A stretch of DNA of 64,000 bases, from contig JAURNY010000026.1 of the NCBI GenBank assembly GCA_030829955.1, positions 516 through 64,515 on the forward strand, written 5' to 3'. Position numbers and translations under genes: made by a program. The notes beneath the pieces are model-generated. The model did no database searches. It was not told where the DNA came from and saw nothing but the letters and a program-made list of their open reading frames with translations. Positions 50,036 to 59,852 of this stretch are shown here, piece by piece (the stretch's first letter is position 1; each line of letters opens with the position of its first letter). This DNA is from Gammaproteobacteria bacterium. GTDB taxonomy: Bacteria; Pseudomonadota; Gammaproteobacteria; Eutrophobiales; Eutrophobiaceae.

Positions 50036-52108
50036 ATGAATACTAAACAGATTCGTTTTTCACTTAAAACTAAATTGATGCTTGTATCGCTTGTGGTACT
50101 GGTTATTCCGCTTATGGGTTTTGATTATTTACGACAAATGGAAAGCTATTTGCGTGATAGTCTGGAAAAAACGATGGTTGATACGGCATTTGCCATTGCC
50201 GGAGGTTTAAATAATCAACGTGATGTCTTTAGTATTTATTCAGTGCAGCAGGATAATGGTCTTTATCTGCATGAATTGAATCATACCGTACAAATGGACG
50301 GTTATACCGATGACTGGATATCTTATCTGGATTGGGCAGAACCATACCAAACAGATAAACAGGGCAACAGTTTTCGTTTGATTGCCAGCCAGGATAACCG
50401 CTATGTTTATGTCTTTATACAGGTAGATGATAAAAACCTGATTTATACCAATCCTGAATCACCAGATGATATTAAAGGTGACCATCTGGTCATGACCTTT
50501 ACCGATCAAACCGGATTATTAACCCAATATTATTTTGTGCCGACGGGTTCCGGACAGATACGACCTTTCCGTTATGAACTTCGTTTTGATGAATATGGTG
50601 TGGAAGAACATGTTCAACGCAGTATTACCAATATTATTGCTGTCTGGCAGCCAGAATATGAAGGCTATAATATCGAAATTAAAATACCGGCATACGTTAT
50701 CGGTGATCATATGGGATTTATTCTGCGCGATTTTGACGGGAAAGAGTATTCCGATATATCTACCGCAGGCGATAAAACATTTTTCTTTCCCAATCGTTTA
50801 TTACGTTCTTCCGAAAAGATACAAAATATTATTTTGACTCAAGGCCATAGCGAAGGTCGTCGTATCTGGGTGCTGGATCAATTTGGGCAGGTTCTGGCTA
50901 GTGAAGGAAGTTTAAAGAGGAAGTTTCCTGAGAATGTATTTAATATATTATACACATTTTTATTACCACCGGCTTATGATCAGTTTAAAGATGATCTTGC
51001 CGGTGCATCACGTTTAAAGGGAAGTGAAGTCAATAGTGCATTATCAGGACAAGCCGAAACGCGCTGGCGCTCATCACCTGATGGTCGTGCTGTAATAGTT
51101 TCTGCTGCAACACCAATATGGCTCGATAATAAAGTTATTGGTGCTGTTGTAGTGGAAGAAACAACCAATAATATTCAGATTATGCAACGGAAGGTTCTAG
51201 CTAATCTATTTAATAAAACATTATTAATCTATTTTATTGTTGTATTAGTATTAATTTTCTTTGCCGGACGTTTATCAACGCGCCTGATCAGATTAAACAA
51301 AAGTGTTTCAAATGCAATAGATGAATATGGTCGGGTGAAAGGAGATATAATAATAAATGAAAGTCTTGATGAGATAGGACAATTATCACGCAGCTTTAGT
51401 GATATGTTAACTAGATTGGAGCATTATCATCATTATATGGAAGGGATGACCCGCAACCTTTCTCATGAATTGAAAATACCGATGGCAATAGTGCAAACAT
51501 CTTTGGAGCGTATGCAACGGGAAGAAGATGACGTATCAAGGGCAGATGCAATGCGTGCGGTGATGGATGGTTTGCAACGTTTACAATCCTTGCTAATCCG
51601 ACTTGGTGAAGCGGCAAGCTTGCAACAGGCAATAGAAGATGCCAATAAAGAAACGACAGACCTGAATATTTTTTTGCAAGAATGCGTACAAGGGTATAGA
51701 TTTGCATATTCAGAAAATAGGTTTGAATTACACCTGCCTGATAACATGACTGAATATGCAATCAATCGTGATCTGTTTTACCAAATGCTGGATAAACTTA
51801 TCAGTAATGCTGTCGATTTTTCAGAAAAAGAACAGCCTATAATTATTAAAATGAGCACTACAGAAGAATCAGCTCAAATCATAGTTGAAAATAAAGGTTG
51901 CTTATTGCCTGTTGAATTATCAGGCGACTTGTTTAATTCCATGATATCGGACCGCCGGCAGGGCAAGAAAAAAGGACTGCATCTGGGGCTTGGTTTGTAT
52001 CTGGCACGTTTAATAGCTGAGTTTCATGACTCGAAATTATCCGCGAGTAATCTTGCTGATGATTCAGGCGTTGTCATGACTGTCTCCTTGTCGGGGAAAG
52101 CCAGATAA
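50036..52108 (+). CDS. pdsS: Sensor histidine kinase PdsS
   Basis: TM, large periplasmic domain (DGYTDDW), HAMP, LSHELKIP, DKLISNAVDF, HLGLGLY. Confidence 0.85.
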   Translation: MNTKQIRFSLKTKLMLVSLVVLVIPLMGFDYLRQMESYLRDSLEKTMVDTAFAIAGGLNNQRDVFSIYSVQQDNGLYLHELNHTVQMDGYTDDWISYLDWAEPYQTDKQGNSFRLIASQDNRYVYVFIQVDDKNLIYTNPESPDDIKGDHLVMTFTDQTGLLTQYYFVPTGSGQIRPFRYELRFDEYGVEEHVQRSITNIIAVWQPEYEGYNIEIKIPAYVIGDHMGFILRDFDGKEYSDISTAGDKTFFFPNRLLRSSEKIQNIILTQGHSEGRRIWVLDQFGQVLASEGSLKRKFPENVFNILYTFLLPPAYDQFKDDLAGASRLKGSEVNSALSGQAETRWRSSPDGRAVIVSAATPIWLDNKVIGAVVVEETTNNIQIMQRKVLANLFNKTLLIYFIVVLVLIFFAGRLSTRLIRLNKSVSNAIDEYGRVKGDIIINESLDEIGQLSRSFSDMLTRLEHYHHYMEGMTRNLSHELKIPMAIVQTSLERMQREEDDVSRADAMRAVMDGLQRLQSLLIRLGEAASLQQAIEDANKETTDLNIFLQECVQGYRFAYSENRFELHLPDNMTEYAINRDLFYQMLDKLISNAVDFSEKEQPIIIKMSTTEESAQIIVENKGCLLPVELSGDLFNSMISDRRQGKKKGLHLGLGLYLARLIAEFHDSKLSASNLADDSGVVMTVSLSGKAR

Positions 52109-52277
52109 TAGAGCAGACGAAAATGCAGCCGCTGCAAAAAAACAGGCATTGCAAAAAAATGCCAGTTTATTTGATGATGTATCCTGACAATTAGCTGAGA
52201 AAGACTAGATTTTTATCACTTTTGTCTTTTTATAAAGACAACATTATTACAATTCATAATATATTAGGAGAGAAAAT

Positions 52278-52826
52278 ATGAGCGAACGTATTGTTATGCG
52301 TGTTGGCGAAGCTTTGGTTGCTGGTGGGCCACCGGGCACTGCTGCAGAGCCTGAAGTTATTATCGGTGAACTAGATGGACCAGTAGGAAATGCCTTTGCA
52401 AACTTATTGGGTGATCAGGTAAAAGGTCACTCAAGAGTTTTAGCTATCATGAATACCGATATTATGGTTAAACCTGCCACGATTTGTGTTAGCAAGGTAA
52501 CTGTTAAAAATGAACGATATACCAATATTCTTATGGGAACTGTTCAGGGGGCGATAGCCAATGGTGTGTTAGATGCGGTTAGAAACGGTGATATTCCAAA
52601 AGAAAAAGCCAATGATTTAGGGATTATTGTTTCAGTCTGGTTAAACCCAATGGTGGCGACTGCTGATGATCTAGATCACAAAATTCTGTTTGATATACAT
52701 CGTAAGGCAACAACTACTGCCATTCATAAAGCGATGAATAATGAACCTGATATCGATTGGTTACTGGAAAACCAGGAAGAGATTGTACATAAGTATTATC
52801 AAATGGGACTGGATGGTAAGATATAA
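52278..52826 (+). CDS. fae: Formaldehyde-activating enzyme homologue (divergent Fae paralogue)
   Basis: GEALV, IIG..DGPVG.AFAN, GH, VKPAT...SKVT, Q.AIA.GV.DAV..G.IPKEKANDL.I. Confidence 0.88.
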   Translation: MSERIVMRVGEALVAGGPPGTAAEPEVIIGELDGPVGNAFANLLGDQVKGHSRVLAIMNTDIMVKPATICVSKVTVKNERYTNILMGTVQGAIANGVLDAVRNGDIPKEKANDLGIIVSVWLNPMVATADDLDHKILFDIHRKATTTAIHKAMNNEPDIDWLLENQEEIVHKYYQMGLDGKI

Positions 52827-53037
52827 TAAGACTTAACCATTAGATCAGGACAATATGCCCGGATTAAAACTATTTTTACTACAAGTATTTAGTACCCTGT
52901 TTTATCCAGGTATTTCTTCTTTGCATGATGCAGGTGAAATAATAAAGCAGCTAAATCAATCATTCTCTGGCGCAAATGTTCATTATTGGTTAATGCCTGT
53001 ATTAAATTCAGGGCATATTTAATAATCAGATTAATCA

Positions 53038-53739
53038 ATGCAAGATAGTTATCATTTATGGGGTGTAATCAGTTCTTTATTGTTTATGGTTACTGCATAT
53101 GGCTTGTTTCATCAGTTAACAATTATTTACTCACGCAAACGTCTTGCATCCAATAATCAGTTGGAAAATGAAACTCCCTGTTCGGTTATTTCGACAAATC
53201 GAACATTTGGAAGCTATTTTGCTTTTTTTGGTAATTTCTATCTTGGTATTTGTCTGCCACATTTTGATTGGTATTTATTTATCACCAGATTCATAGCGCT
53301 TATAATATTGCTTCTAACCCTTTGGGAAATCTTCCATGAACGTAGAGATAAATGGGCTGGTTTGCTGTTTTATGGCAGCATTTTTCTTATGCTATTTGGC
53401 ATGTCATCTGTCTTTTTTCCAGCATCATATCTTTCGCAATTACTTCCTGTAGCCAAAATCTTAATAGTATTTGCTGTTATATTTTTGCTTCAAGGATATA
53501 TTCACCAAATGAGGTTACTTAGAAAGTTTAAAAAAATAGGTGGTATATCAAAAAAAATGTATCAGGCATTTCTCCTGAAAGAGATTAGTACTTTAATATT
53601 TGCTTTTACTATGGATTTGTCCAATTCTTGGCCGCTTATTTTACAGCATGCCTTGTTATTGATAGCTGAAATTGTAATTTTGATAGAAATTTATCGTATT
53701 GAATCTCTTTCAAACAAAAAGATTAGTGATGCCAGTTAG
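53038..53739 (+). CDS. Approximately 7-TM membrane protein, PQ-loop/SWEET-like
   Basis: Internal duplication GLFHQL..I..RK / GYIHQM..LRK.K...GIS. Confidence 0.55.
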   Translation: MQDSYHLWGVISSLLFMVTAYGLFHQLTIIYSRKRLASNNQLENETPCSVISTNRTFGSYFAFFGNFYLGICLPHFDWYLFITRFIALIILLLTLWEIFHERRDKWAGLLFYGSIFLMLFGMSSVFFPASYLSQLLPVAKILIVFAVIFLLQGYIHQMRLLRKFKKIGGISKKMYQAFLLKEISTLIFAFTMDLSNSWPLILQHALLLIAEIVILIEIYRIESLSNKKISDAS

Positions 53740-54565
53740 CCCAAACCGGAGTTAGTATTTCAGGAATAGGCGCAAGTTTGCCTAGCTTTGTCCATGGCAT
53801 ATCAGGATTGTGAAAGTCAGAACCTGTTGAGGCAAACAGTTCGAATTGTTTACATAATGTAGTAGCTCGATTCAGTTCATCATTATTTGAGTTTCCGCTA
53901 GCTACTTCTATGCCTTCACCGGATTTTTCTTTAAATTCTTTTACCAATGCCTTTAATTTTGTATTTGTCATTTTATACCGTAAAGGATGTGCTATAACTG
54001 CAATACCATTTGCTTGTTGGATACAATTAATCGTTTGTTTTATATCAGGCCAATCAACAGCAACATAACCGGGTTTATTTCTGGTTAGATATTTCTTGAA
54101 AACATCTTGAATGGTTTTTGCATGACCCGTTTTGACTATATGCATGGCAAAGTGTTGACGTGTTATGGTGCCATCACCTGAAAGTTGTTTGGCATAATAA
54201 TAAGCATCATTAATTCCAACTTTCTCTAATTGCCTGCTGATACGCTTTGCTCGATCTTCACGTAATTCTGATAAGTCTTGAATATGTTTAAGTAGGGAGT
54301 CATTTTCAGGATCGATATTCAAACCAACTATGTGAATGGTGTAACTAAGCCAGCGACAAGAAAGCTCAATACCACTAATCAGCTTTATTCCGTGTTGCTG
54401 ACTTTGTTTTTCAGCTTCCTGTATGCCTGAAACAGAGTCATGGTCAGTTAGTGCAAGATGTGTAATGCCCGCCTGATATGCGTGACTGACGAGTTCAGAT
54501 GGACTTAATTTACCGTCTGAAGCATTAGAGTGGGTATGTAAATCGTATATTGCTTGCTTAGTCAC
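53723..54565 (-). CDS. yciV: PHP-domain protein (YciV/RNase AM family)
   Basis: DLHTHSNASDG, ALTDHD, HIVGL, IAHP, GSDFH. Confidence 0.88.
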   Translation of the reverse strand: MTKQAIYDLHTHSNASDGKLSPSELVSHAYQAGITHLALTDHDSVSGIQEAEKQSQQHGIKLISGIELSCRWLSYTIHIVGLNIDPENDSLLKHIQDLSELREDRAKRISRQLEKVGINDAYYYAKQLSGDGTITRQHFAMHIVKTGHAKTIQDVFKKYLTRNKPGYVAVDWPDIKQTINCIQQANGIAVIAHPLRYKMTNTKLKALVKEFKEKSGEGIEVASGNSNNDELNRATTLCKQFELFASTGSDFHNPDMPWTKLGKLAPIPEILTPVWANWHH

Positions 54566-55040
54566 GAAAATTCACGAACTGTAAAGGCAGGGCATATTTT
54601 GCTTCTTTAATCTTTGCAATGGCTTCCTGTAAATCATCACGTTTTTTACCCATAATCCTGATCTGATCACCCTGAATATTCGCCTGTACTTTCATTTTTG
54701 TTTCTTTTACCAGTTTAACAATCTTCTTTGCTAGTTCGGTATCTATTCCTTTTTTTATAGCTATCGTTTGTTTTGCACGATTGTTGGTTTCTTCTATATC
54801 TCCATATTCCAGTATACGCACATCAATACCGCGCTTGGAAACCTTGTTTTCTAGGATGTCATGAATCTGTTTAATCTGAAACTCGGATGCGGATTGCAAA
54901 GTAAGTGAATCATCATTTAATTCAATTTTTGAGTCTGAGCCTTTAAAATCAAATCGATTACCAATCTCACGATTCGCCTGATCTATTGCATTATTTAATT
55001 CATGTTGTTCGATTTCAGATACCACATCAAATGATGGCAT
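54558..55040 (-). CDS. yajQ: YajQ family nucleotide/c-di-GMP-binding protein
   Basis: MPSFDVVSE, RFDFKG, GKKRDDLQ, LQFVNFRD. Confidence 0.96.
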   Translation of the reverse strand: MPSFDVVSEIEQHELNNAIDQANREIGNRFDFKGSDSKIELNDDSLTLQSASEFQIKQIHDILENKVSKRGIDVRILEYGDIEETNNRAKQTIAIKKGIDTELAKKIVKLVKETKMKVQANIQGDQIRIMGKKRDDLQEAIAKIKEAKYALPLQFVNFRD

Positions 55041-55056
55041 AGTTTTACTCCATTAA

Positions 55057-55409
55057 TTAATGTCTTGTATTTTCAGTTGTTGATTGAACTTCAATGATAT
55101 TACCATGAGGATGATCAAGGAAGATCGAAAGCAGATAATGGCCAATTAAATTAGCTGTACCATTATAACGTTGAAACCATCGAGACTAAACTCAAAGCGA
55201 TATTGGCGTAAACAGATGAAACTACCCTTTGAATTTCGACAGGGACGAAGACTAACAAGTGCTACAGTTTCATCGAGTAATTGATAATTATAATTTTGAC
55301 AATATGCACGAGATTTTGCGATAGCCAGTTCTCTTGCCCGTGAAGAATCCTATCAGAACCAGATAATAAAACCTAGAATGATTAAAATAATAAAGAATTC
55401 ATTATTCAT
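55057..55409 (-). pseudogene. DUF3301 family pseudogene
   Basis: MNNEFFIILIILGFIIWF**DSSRARELA...C...QLLDETVAL...YRFEFSLDG, then a frameshift to RYNG...; tandem TGA TAG at 55350-55355. Confidence 0.85.
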
Positions 55410-56436
55410 TCAGATATTGAAGAAATAAATCATTATAGTGTTCTATAAAGCCGTTTTTGCTTCTGGATATCATATACACAGGTGTTTTGATCCTGTCAGC
55501 AAGTGCAAGTCCATTTTCTTTTCCCATCACTAATATTGCTGTTGCAAGTGCATCGGCTATCAAACATTTTTCGTGTAATACCGTTACCGAAGCGAGATTA
55601 TGTGAGACTGGCTTACCTGTGCGCGGATCTATTGTATGTGAATACCGTTTTCCCTGATATTCAAAATAATTACGATAATCACCAGACGTAGCCATAGCCA
55701 TATTTTTTAGAGAAATAATCCGTTGTACTTTTCTTGATAAAGGCTGCGCCTGCTCTATTCCTATTTGCCATAATTCATTATTTTGGTTATTGCCTTTTCC
55801 AATTAGTTCGCCACCTATATCGATCAGATAGTCATGAATGTTTAATGATTGTAAATGTTCAGCAATTCGATCAACTGCATAACCTTTTGCAATAGCAGAT
55901 AAATCCAGATACATACCACTAACTGTTTTGGCTATACTTAAAGAATTTTCATTTAATATAAGTTTTTGATATCCTACCTGAAGCTTTAAAAATTCTATAT
56001 CTCGTTCGTCAGGAATCTGTCGTTGCAAAAACTCCGGGCCAAACCCCCATAAATTGACCAAAGATCCAACAGTGATATCAAATGCACCATTACTTAATTC
56101 ACTAACTTTTTGTCCATTTTGCAAAACATAAAAGAGTTCTTCTGAAATAGTGACGGGCAAATCAATGTTCACCTGATTTAGTAGTGATAATTCAGAGTCC
56201 TCAATATAGGTGGACATAGTGCGGTTAATTCCATCAAGCAGTTTTTCTATTTGATCACGTAAGCGTTTATCAACAATACGTGGATTAGTTGGGTTATAGG
56301 ACACGCTATAGTACGTACCCATAGTTTCTCCAGTCAGAACTGGCCATTGCGCAGGTTTATTTTCACAGCCAGATAGAGAACTATAAAAAAGTATAATTAG
56401 GATTAAATAAATATGTCTCATACCCGATATAGACAC
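55402..56436 (-). CDS. apbE: FAD:protein FMN transferase
   Basis: Lipobox LSGC, GETMGT, DLSAIAKGYAVD, ATSGDYRNYF, SHTIDP, ADALAT. Confidence 0.95.
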   Translation of the reverse strand: MSISGMRHIYLILIILFYSSLSGCENKPAQWPVLTGETMGTYYSVSYNPTNPRIVDKRLRDQIEKLLDGINRTMSTYIEDSELSLLNQVNIDLPVTISEELFYVLQNGQKVSELSNGAFDITVGSLVNLWGFGPEFLQRQIPDERDIEFLKLQVGYQKLILNENSLSIAKTVSGMYLDLSAIAKGYAVDRIAEHLQSLNIHDYLIDIGGELIGKGNNQNNELWQIGIEQAQPLSRKVQRIISLKNMAMATSGDYRNYFEYQGKRYSHTIDPRTGKPVSHNLASVTVLHEKCLIADALATAILVMGKENGLALADRIKTPVYMISRSKNGFIEHYNDLFLQYLNE

Positions 56437-56503
56437 CGATCATTAAATGAAATAGATGAATCAGTATAACAAGCGTTAGCTGTGAAGGGTAAGCAGAAAT
56501 AAT

Positions 56504-56908
56504 CTATTCGAAGTCGTACACCATATTAAAGTTAAGGATATGTCCAGTTTTTCAATTCCGGGACTGGGTTGGCTGTCGTAATCATCTCAAAGTAAAGCGT
56601 GTTTTTTTAGGGGGTATTTCCCTTAATAAGTAGTATTAGTAAGCTTTTGCGTTTCGTTAGAGTCCAGTTCCTAATTTAAATTGTCACCAAATGCAAGTTG
56701 CACCGTAATTTTAATATTAGTGATAATGCCAGCAATCATTTTTTTAATCAGCCCATCTGGAAAGCTGGCATCAATTATTAATGTATCTTTAATTATTTCA
56801 TTTATATATCCATTTAAAACACAGCCGTCTTTAAACATTACCGACCAGAAAATTACTTACACTCTATGAATAGAAATGTAATTAAATTACAAGTAGATTT
56901 GGCAACAT
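56504..56908 (-). pseudogene. Internally deleted DUF481/YdiY-like outer-membrane protein remnant
   Basis: N-terminal-like fragment VMFKDGCVLNGYI...LIIDASF and C-terminal fragments YDSQPSPGIEKLD and FNMVYDFE*, with several stops. Confidence 0.6.
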
Positions 56909-57055
56909 AAAATTATCTGTATTCGCTTAATTGAGTTTAAATAAAAAGGGAGAAATAATTAGACCTGTAAAATACGTAAAACTATATTCGTATGGCATTA
57001 AATTATCGAATCAAAAAAATATATCCAATAAGATGCATAAATTCTAATGAAAAAA

Positions 57056-58042
57056 TTAATATCTTTGCCAGTCGAGGGGCGGTTCTTCCATTAAAGATAT
57101 TTGTTCACGTAAATTTAGTATTTGTTCTTCCCAATAACGTTGTGCGTTGAAAAATGGAAATGCTATAGGAAAAGCAGGGTCTTCCCATCGCTTTGCTAGC
57201 CAAGCCGAGTAATGAATCAATCGCATGGTTCGTAACGCTTCAATCAAATTTAATTCTATCGGATCAAAATCTCGAAACTGTGTATAGCCAACAAGAAAAT
57301 CATACAATCCTTTTTGCATGTATTCTCGGTTCCCGGATAAAAACATCCAGATGTCTTGAACAGCTGGACCGGTTCTCGTATCATCAAAATCAACCAGATA
57401 AAATTTGTCATCCCGGCATAGCACATTACCGTGATGACAATCGCCATGTAGTCTCAATTTTTTATAATTGCCCGTTCGATCAAAACACTCTTTAATTTTT
57501 ATCAAGACTTGCTCTATAGTAGATTCATATGAAACTTTAAGTTCCATTGGAATGAACTGGTTTTTAAGTAAGTAAGCTGCAGGTTTTTCAACAAACGCTG
57601 ATATTGAGATATCAGACCTAGTTTTAAAATTATCGATTGCTGCAATATTATGCAGCCGCGCCAAAATCATCCCGAGTTGCTCAAGATGTCTCGCATTATC
57701 CAGTTCCGGCGCATAGCCACCGAAACGCGGATAAATTGCAAATCGATAGTTTTCATAAACAAACAGACTAGACTCATTTTTAATAATAGGTGCAAGTACA
57801 GGAATATCATTTTCATGGAGCTGTAGTGTGAATTGATGTTCTTCCAGGATCATCTCATCAGACCATCTTTCCGGTCGATAAAATTTGGCAATGATTGGAA
57901 TCTCATCTTCAATGCCAATTTGATATACGCGATTTTCATAACTATTCAGCGCGAGGATGCGTTGATCAGATATTAATCCAATAGATTCAATGGCCTGAAT
58001 AATCTTATCAGGACTGAGTACTGAAAAAGGGTGTTTGTTCAT
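57056..58042 (-). CDS. srkA: Stress response kinase SrkA (RdoA/YihE)
   Basis: LNSYENRVY, KFYRPERWS, RLHGDCH.GN, DFDD, WEDPAFP. Confidence 0.95.
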   Translation of the reverse strand: MNKHPFSVLSPDKIIQAIESIGLISDQRILALNSYENRVYQIGIEDEIPIIAKFYRPERWSDEMILEEHQFTLQLHENDIPVLAPIIKNESSLFVYENYRFAIYPRFGGYAPELDNARHLEQLGMILARLHNIAAIDNFKTRSDISISAFVEKPAAYLLKNQFIPMELKVSYESTIEQVLIKIKECFDRTGNYKKLRLHGDCHHGNVLCRDDKFYLVDFDDTRTGPAVQDIWMFLSGNREYMQKGLYDFLVGYTQFRDFDPIELNLIEALRTMRLIHYSAWLAKRWEDPAFPIAFPFFNAQRYWEEQILNLREQISLMEEPPLDWQRY

Positions 58043-58169
58043 GGTTGGCAGTCTAACAGAAGAAGCAGTTTATGAATTAAGGATAGCCAGCTCTTATAGT
58101 CAGGCCTATCAAACAGATGTTAAAAAAGTGATATGCTAAATTCAATATTGTTCGTATCCATCAGTGCAT

Positions 58170-59546
58170 TTAATTTTTTAGCAGTTCTTCCTGTTCATAT
58201 AACCTGAGAATATCAAAATAACGATGTACACGTTTGACAAAGGAAACAGGCTCATGTCCGCGTGCATAGCCAAACTTTGTTTGACTATACCATTTTTTCT
58301 GGCTTAACTTCGGCAAGTGTTTTTCAACATCGATCCATAGATTCGGGTCATCACCCATTTTTTGTGTTATGACTCTGGCATCTTCCAGATGACCCAAACC
58401 GATATTGTAAGCTGCAAGAGTCATCCACGAGCGATCCGGTTCATTAATTTTTTTTGGTAAAGAATCTTTAATAATATCAAGATATTTAGCACCACCCATG
58501 ACACTTTGTTCTGGATCAGTTCTATCCTCAATACCTACACGTTTGGCTGTTTCCTGGGTTAGCATCATTAATCCGGTTACGCCGGTCATCGAAACTGCTT
58601 TTTCATTCCAGTGAGATTCCTGATAACTGACAGCTGCCAGGAAACGTTTATCAAAGCTATATTCTTTTGCTGCTTTTTCAAATAATGAATAATACTGGGG
58701 GAGTAATGACTGAATACGTTCTAAAAAATAAGTATTATCGACATATTGAGGTGCGTTTAAATGTCTGAAATAAATTTCACGTAAACGTTTTAACTTATTG
58801 CTACGTGAAAACTTGCCTAAAAAAACATCAATCGATTGTATTAATGATTTATCTCGATCATGTAATGTTAGCCAAAAAGATGGATAAGAGATATTCAATT
58901 CCAGGGCTATAGAGAGTTCAGGATATAGGTGACGATAATAGGTATAGACATCCTCATTGATTAGCGTCAGTGGCAGAAAACCCTTATTAATATTTTCGAG
59001 GATTTTACGATTATTACTACCCGGTATTTCGGACCAATAAAGTGACATGTGTTTCTTCTGCAGTTCTCTTAGTACCTGCGCAGGTGCTGAGTCAGCGGCT
59101 ACAAATATACGGCCAGGAGATATATCCTGAATTTTATCAGGTGAAGGATTCTTGCGATTTCCAATGACATACCACTGATTGGTGTTGTAAGGAATACTGG
59201 CATGAATTTTTTCTATATCTATGGGTTGCGGTACGCTATCGGTAATTGCTATATCTACTTTTTCTTTTCGTATTAATTCATAGAGTTCCTCAAGTGTTTT
59301 TGCAACAATAATATCCAGCGATACCCCAATTGAGTCGGCATAGGTTTCTACAATTTGAAAGTCCAGACCGCGAAGTGCTGATTCATCTGGAAAAAACATA
59401 GGGGGTTGGGCGAGCATTGCGACACGTAGCTCGCCACGTTGCTTGATACGTTCAAGGTCGGTCAATCCGTCAGAGCATGACTGTAAAGACAGACCGGTTA
59501 TTATTAACAGCGCTGTCAAAATGCGCCGATATGAAAATCCGTACAT
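58170..59546 (-). CDS. mltF: Membrane-bound lytic murein transglycosylase F
   Basis: N-terminal SBP-like domain plus SLT motifs YQESHW, GLMMLT, AAYNIG.GH, GYARG.EP. Confidence 0.92.
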   Translation of the reverse strand: MYGFSYRRILTALLIITGLSLQSCSDGLTDLERIKQRGELRVAMLAQPPMFFPDESALRGLDFQIVETYADSIGVSLDIIVAKTLEELYELIRKEKVDIAITDSVPQPIDIEKIHASIPYNTNQWYVIGNRKNPSPDKIQDISPGRIFVAADSAPAQVLRELQKKHMSLYWSEIPGSNNRKILENINKGFLPLTLINEDVYTYYRHLYPELSIALELNISYPSFWLTLHDRDKSLIQSIDVFLGKFSRSNKLKRLREIYFRHLNAPQYVDNTYFLERIQSLLPQYYSLFEKAAKEYSFDKRFLAAVSYQESHWNEKAVSMTGVTGLMMLTQETAKRVGIEDRTDPEQSVMGGAKYLDIIKDSLPKKINEPDRSWMTLAAYNIGLGHLEDARVITQKMGDDPNLWIDVEKHLPKLSQKKWYSQTKFGYARGHEPVSFVKRVHRYFDILRLYEQEELLKN

Positions 59547-59633
59547 TAGCTTATTGTCTATGATAATCTCACCATATTACAAACAGTAAGTGTCCTGATG
59601 TTATCTCAGACGACAGTGCTAAGACAAAATACA

Positions 59634-59852
59634 ATGAATATCTATGCCTGTTTAAAATCGATTTTGTTTTTATTATTGAGCTATTTCATCATGTTTAGTT
59701 GCGTTCATGCTCAGGAGTTGGCAACTAAAGATGTCGATGAAAAAGCCGCTAGCTTATTTTGGAATAACCCATATAAAATAGATGGCTATAACTTAAATTG
59801 TGGTTTTCGCTCTGATGCAGAGGGCAGGATTGTTAGTGGTGGAGATGAATAA
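59634..59852 (+). pseudogene. Possible 5' remnant of a secreted endonuclease-I-like gene
   Basis: Signal peptide, then A..LFWNNPY..DGYNLNCG resembling the FW..LY..GG..LYCG N-terminus; ends inside the addB-like start. Confidence 0.35.

Noticed and set aside
55350-55355. Stop-codon reassignment (TGA=Trp) or selenocysteine explaining in-frame stops
   Set aside because: Intact genes (sseA, hemW, photolyase) end in TGA, and the broken genes also contain TAG, TAA and frameshifts
57056-58042. SrkA as the cognate kinase of the FHA proteins
   Set aside because: SrkA is an APH/choline-kinase-like housekeeping enzyme 44 kb away; no evidence of linkage
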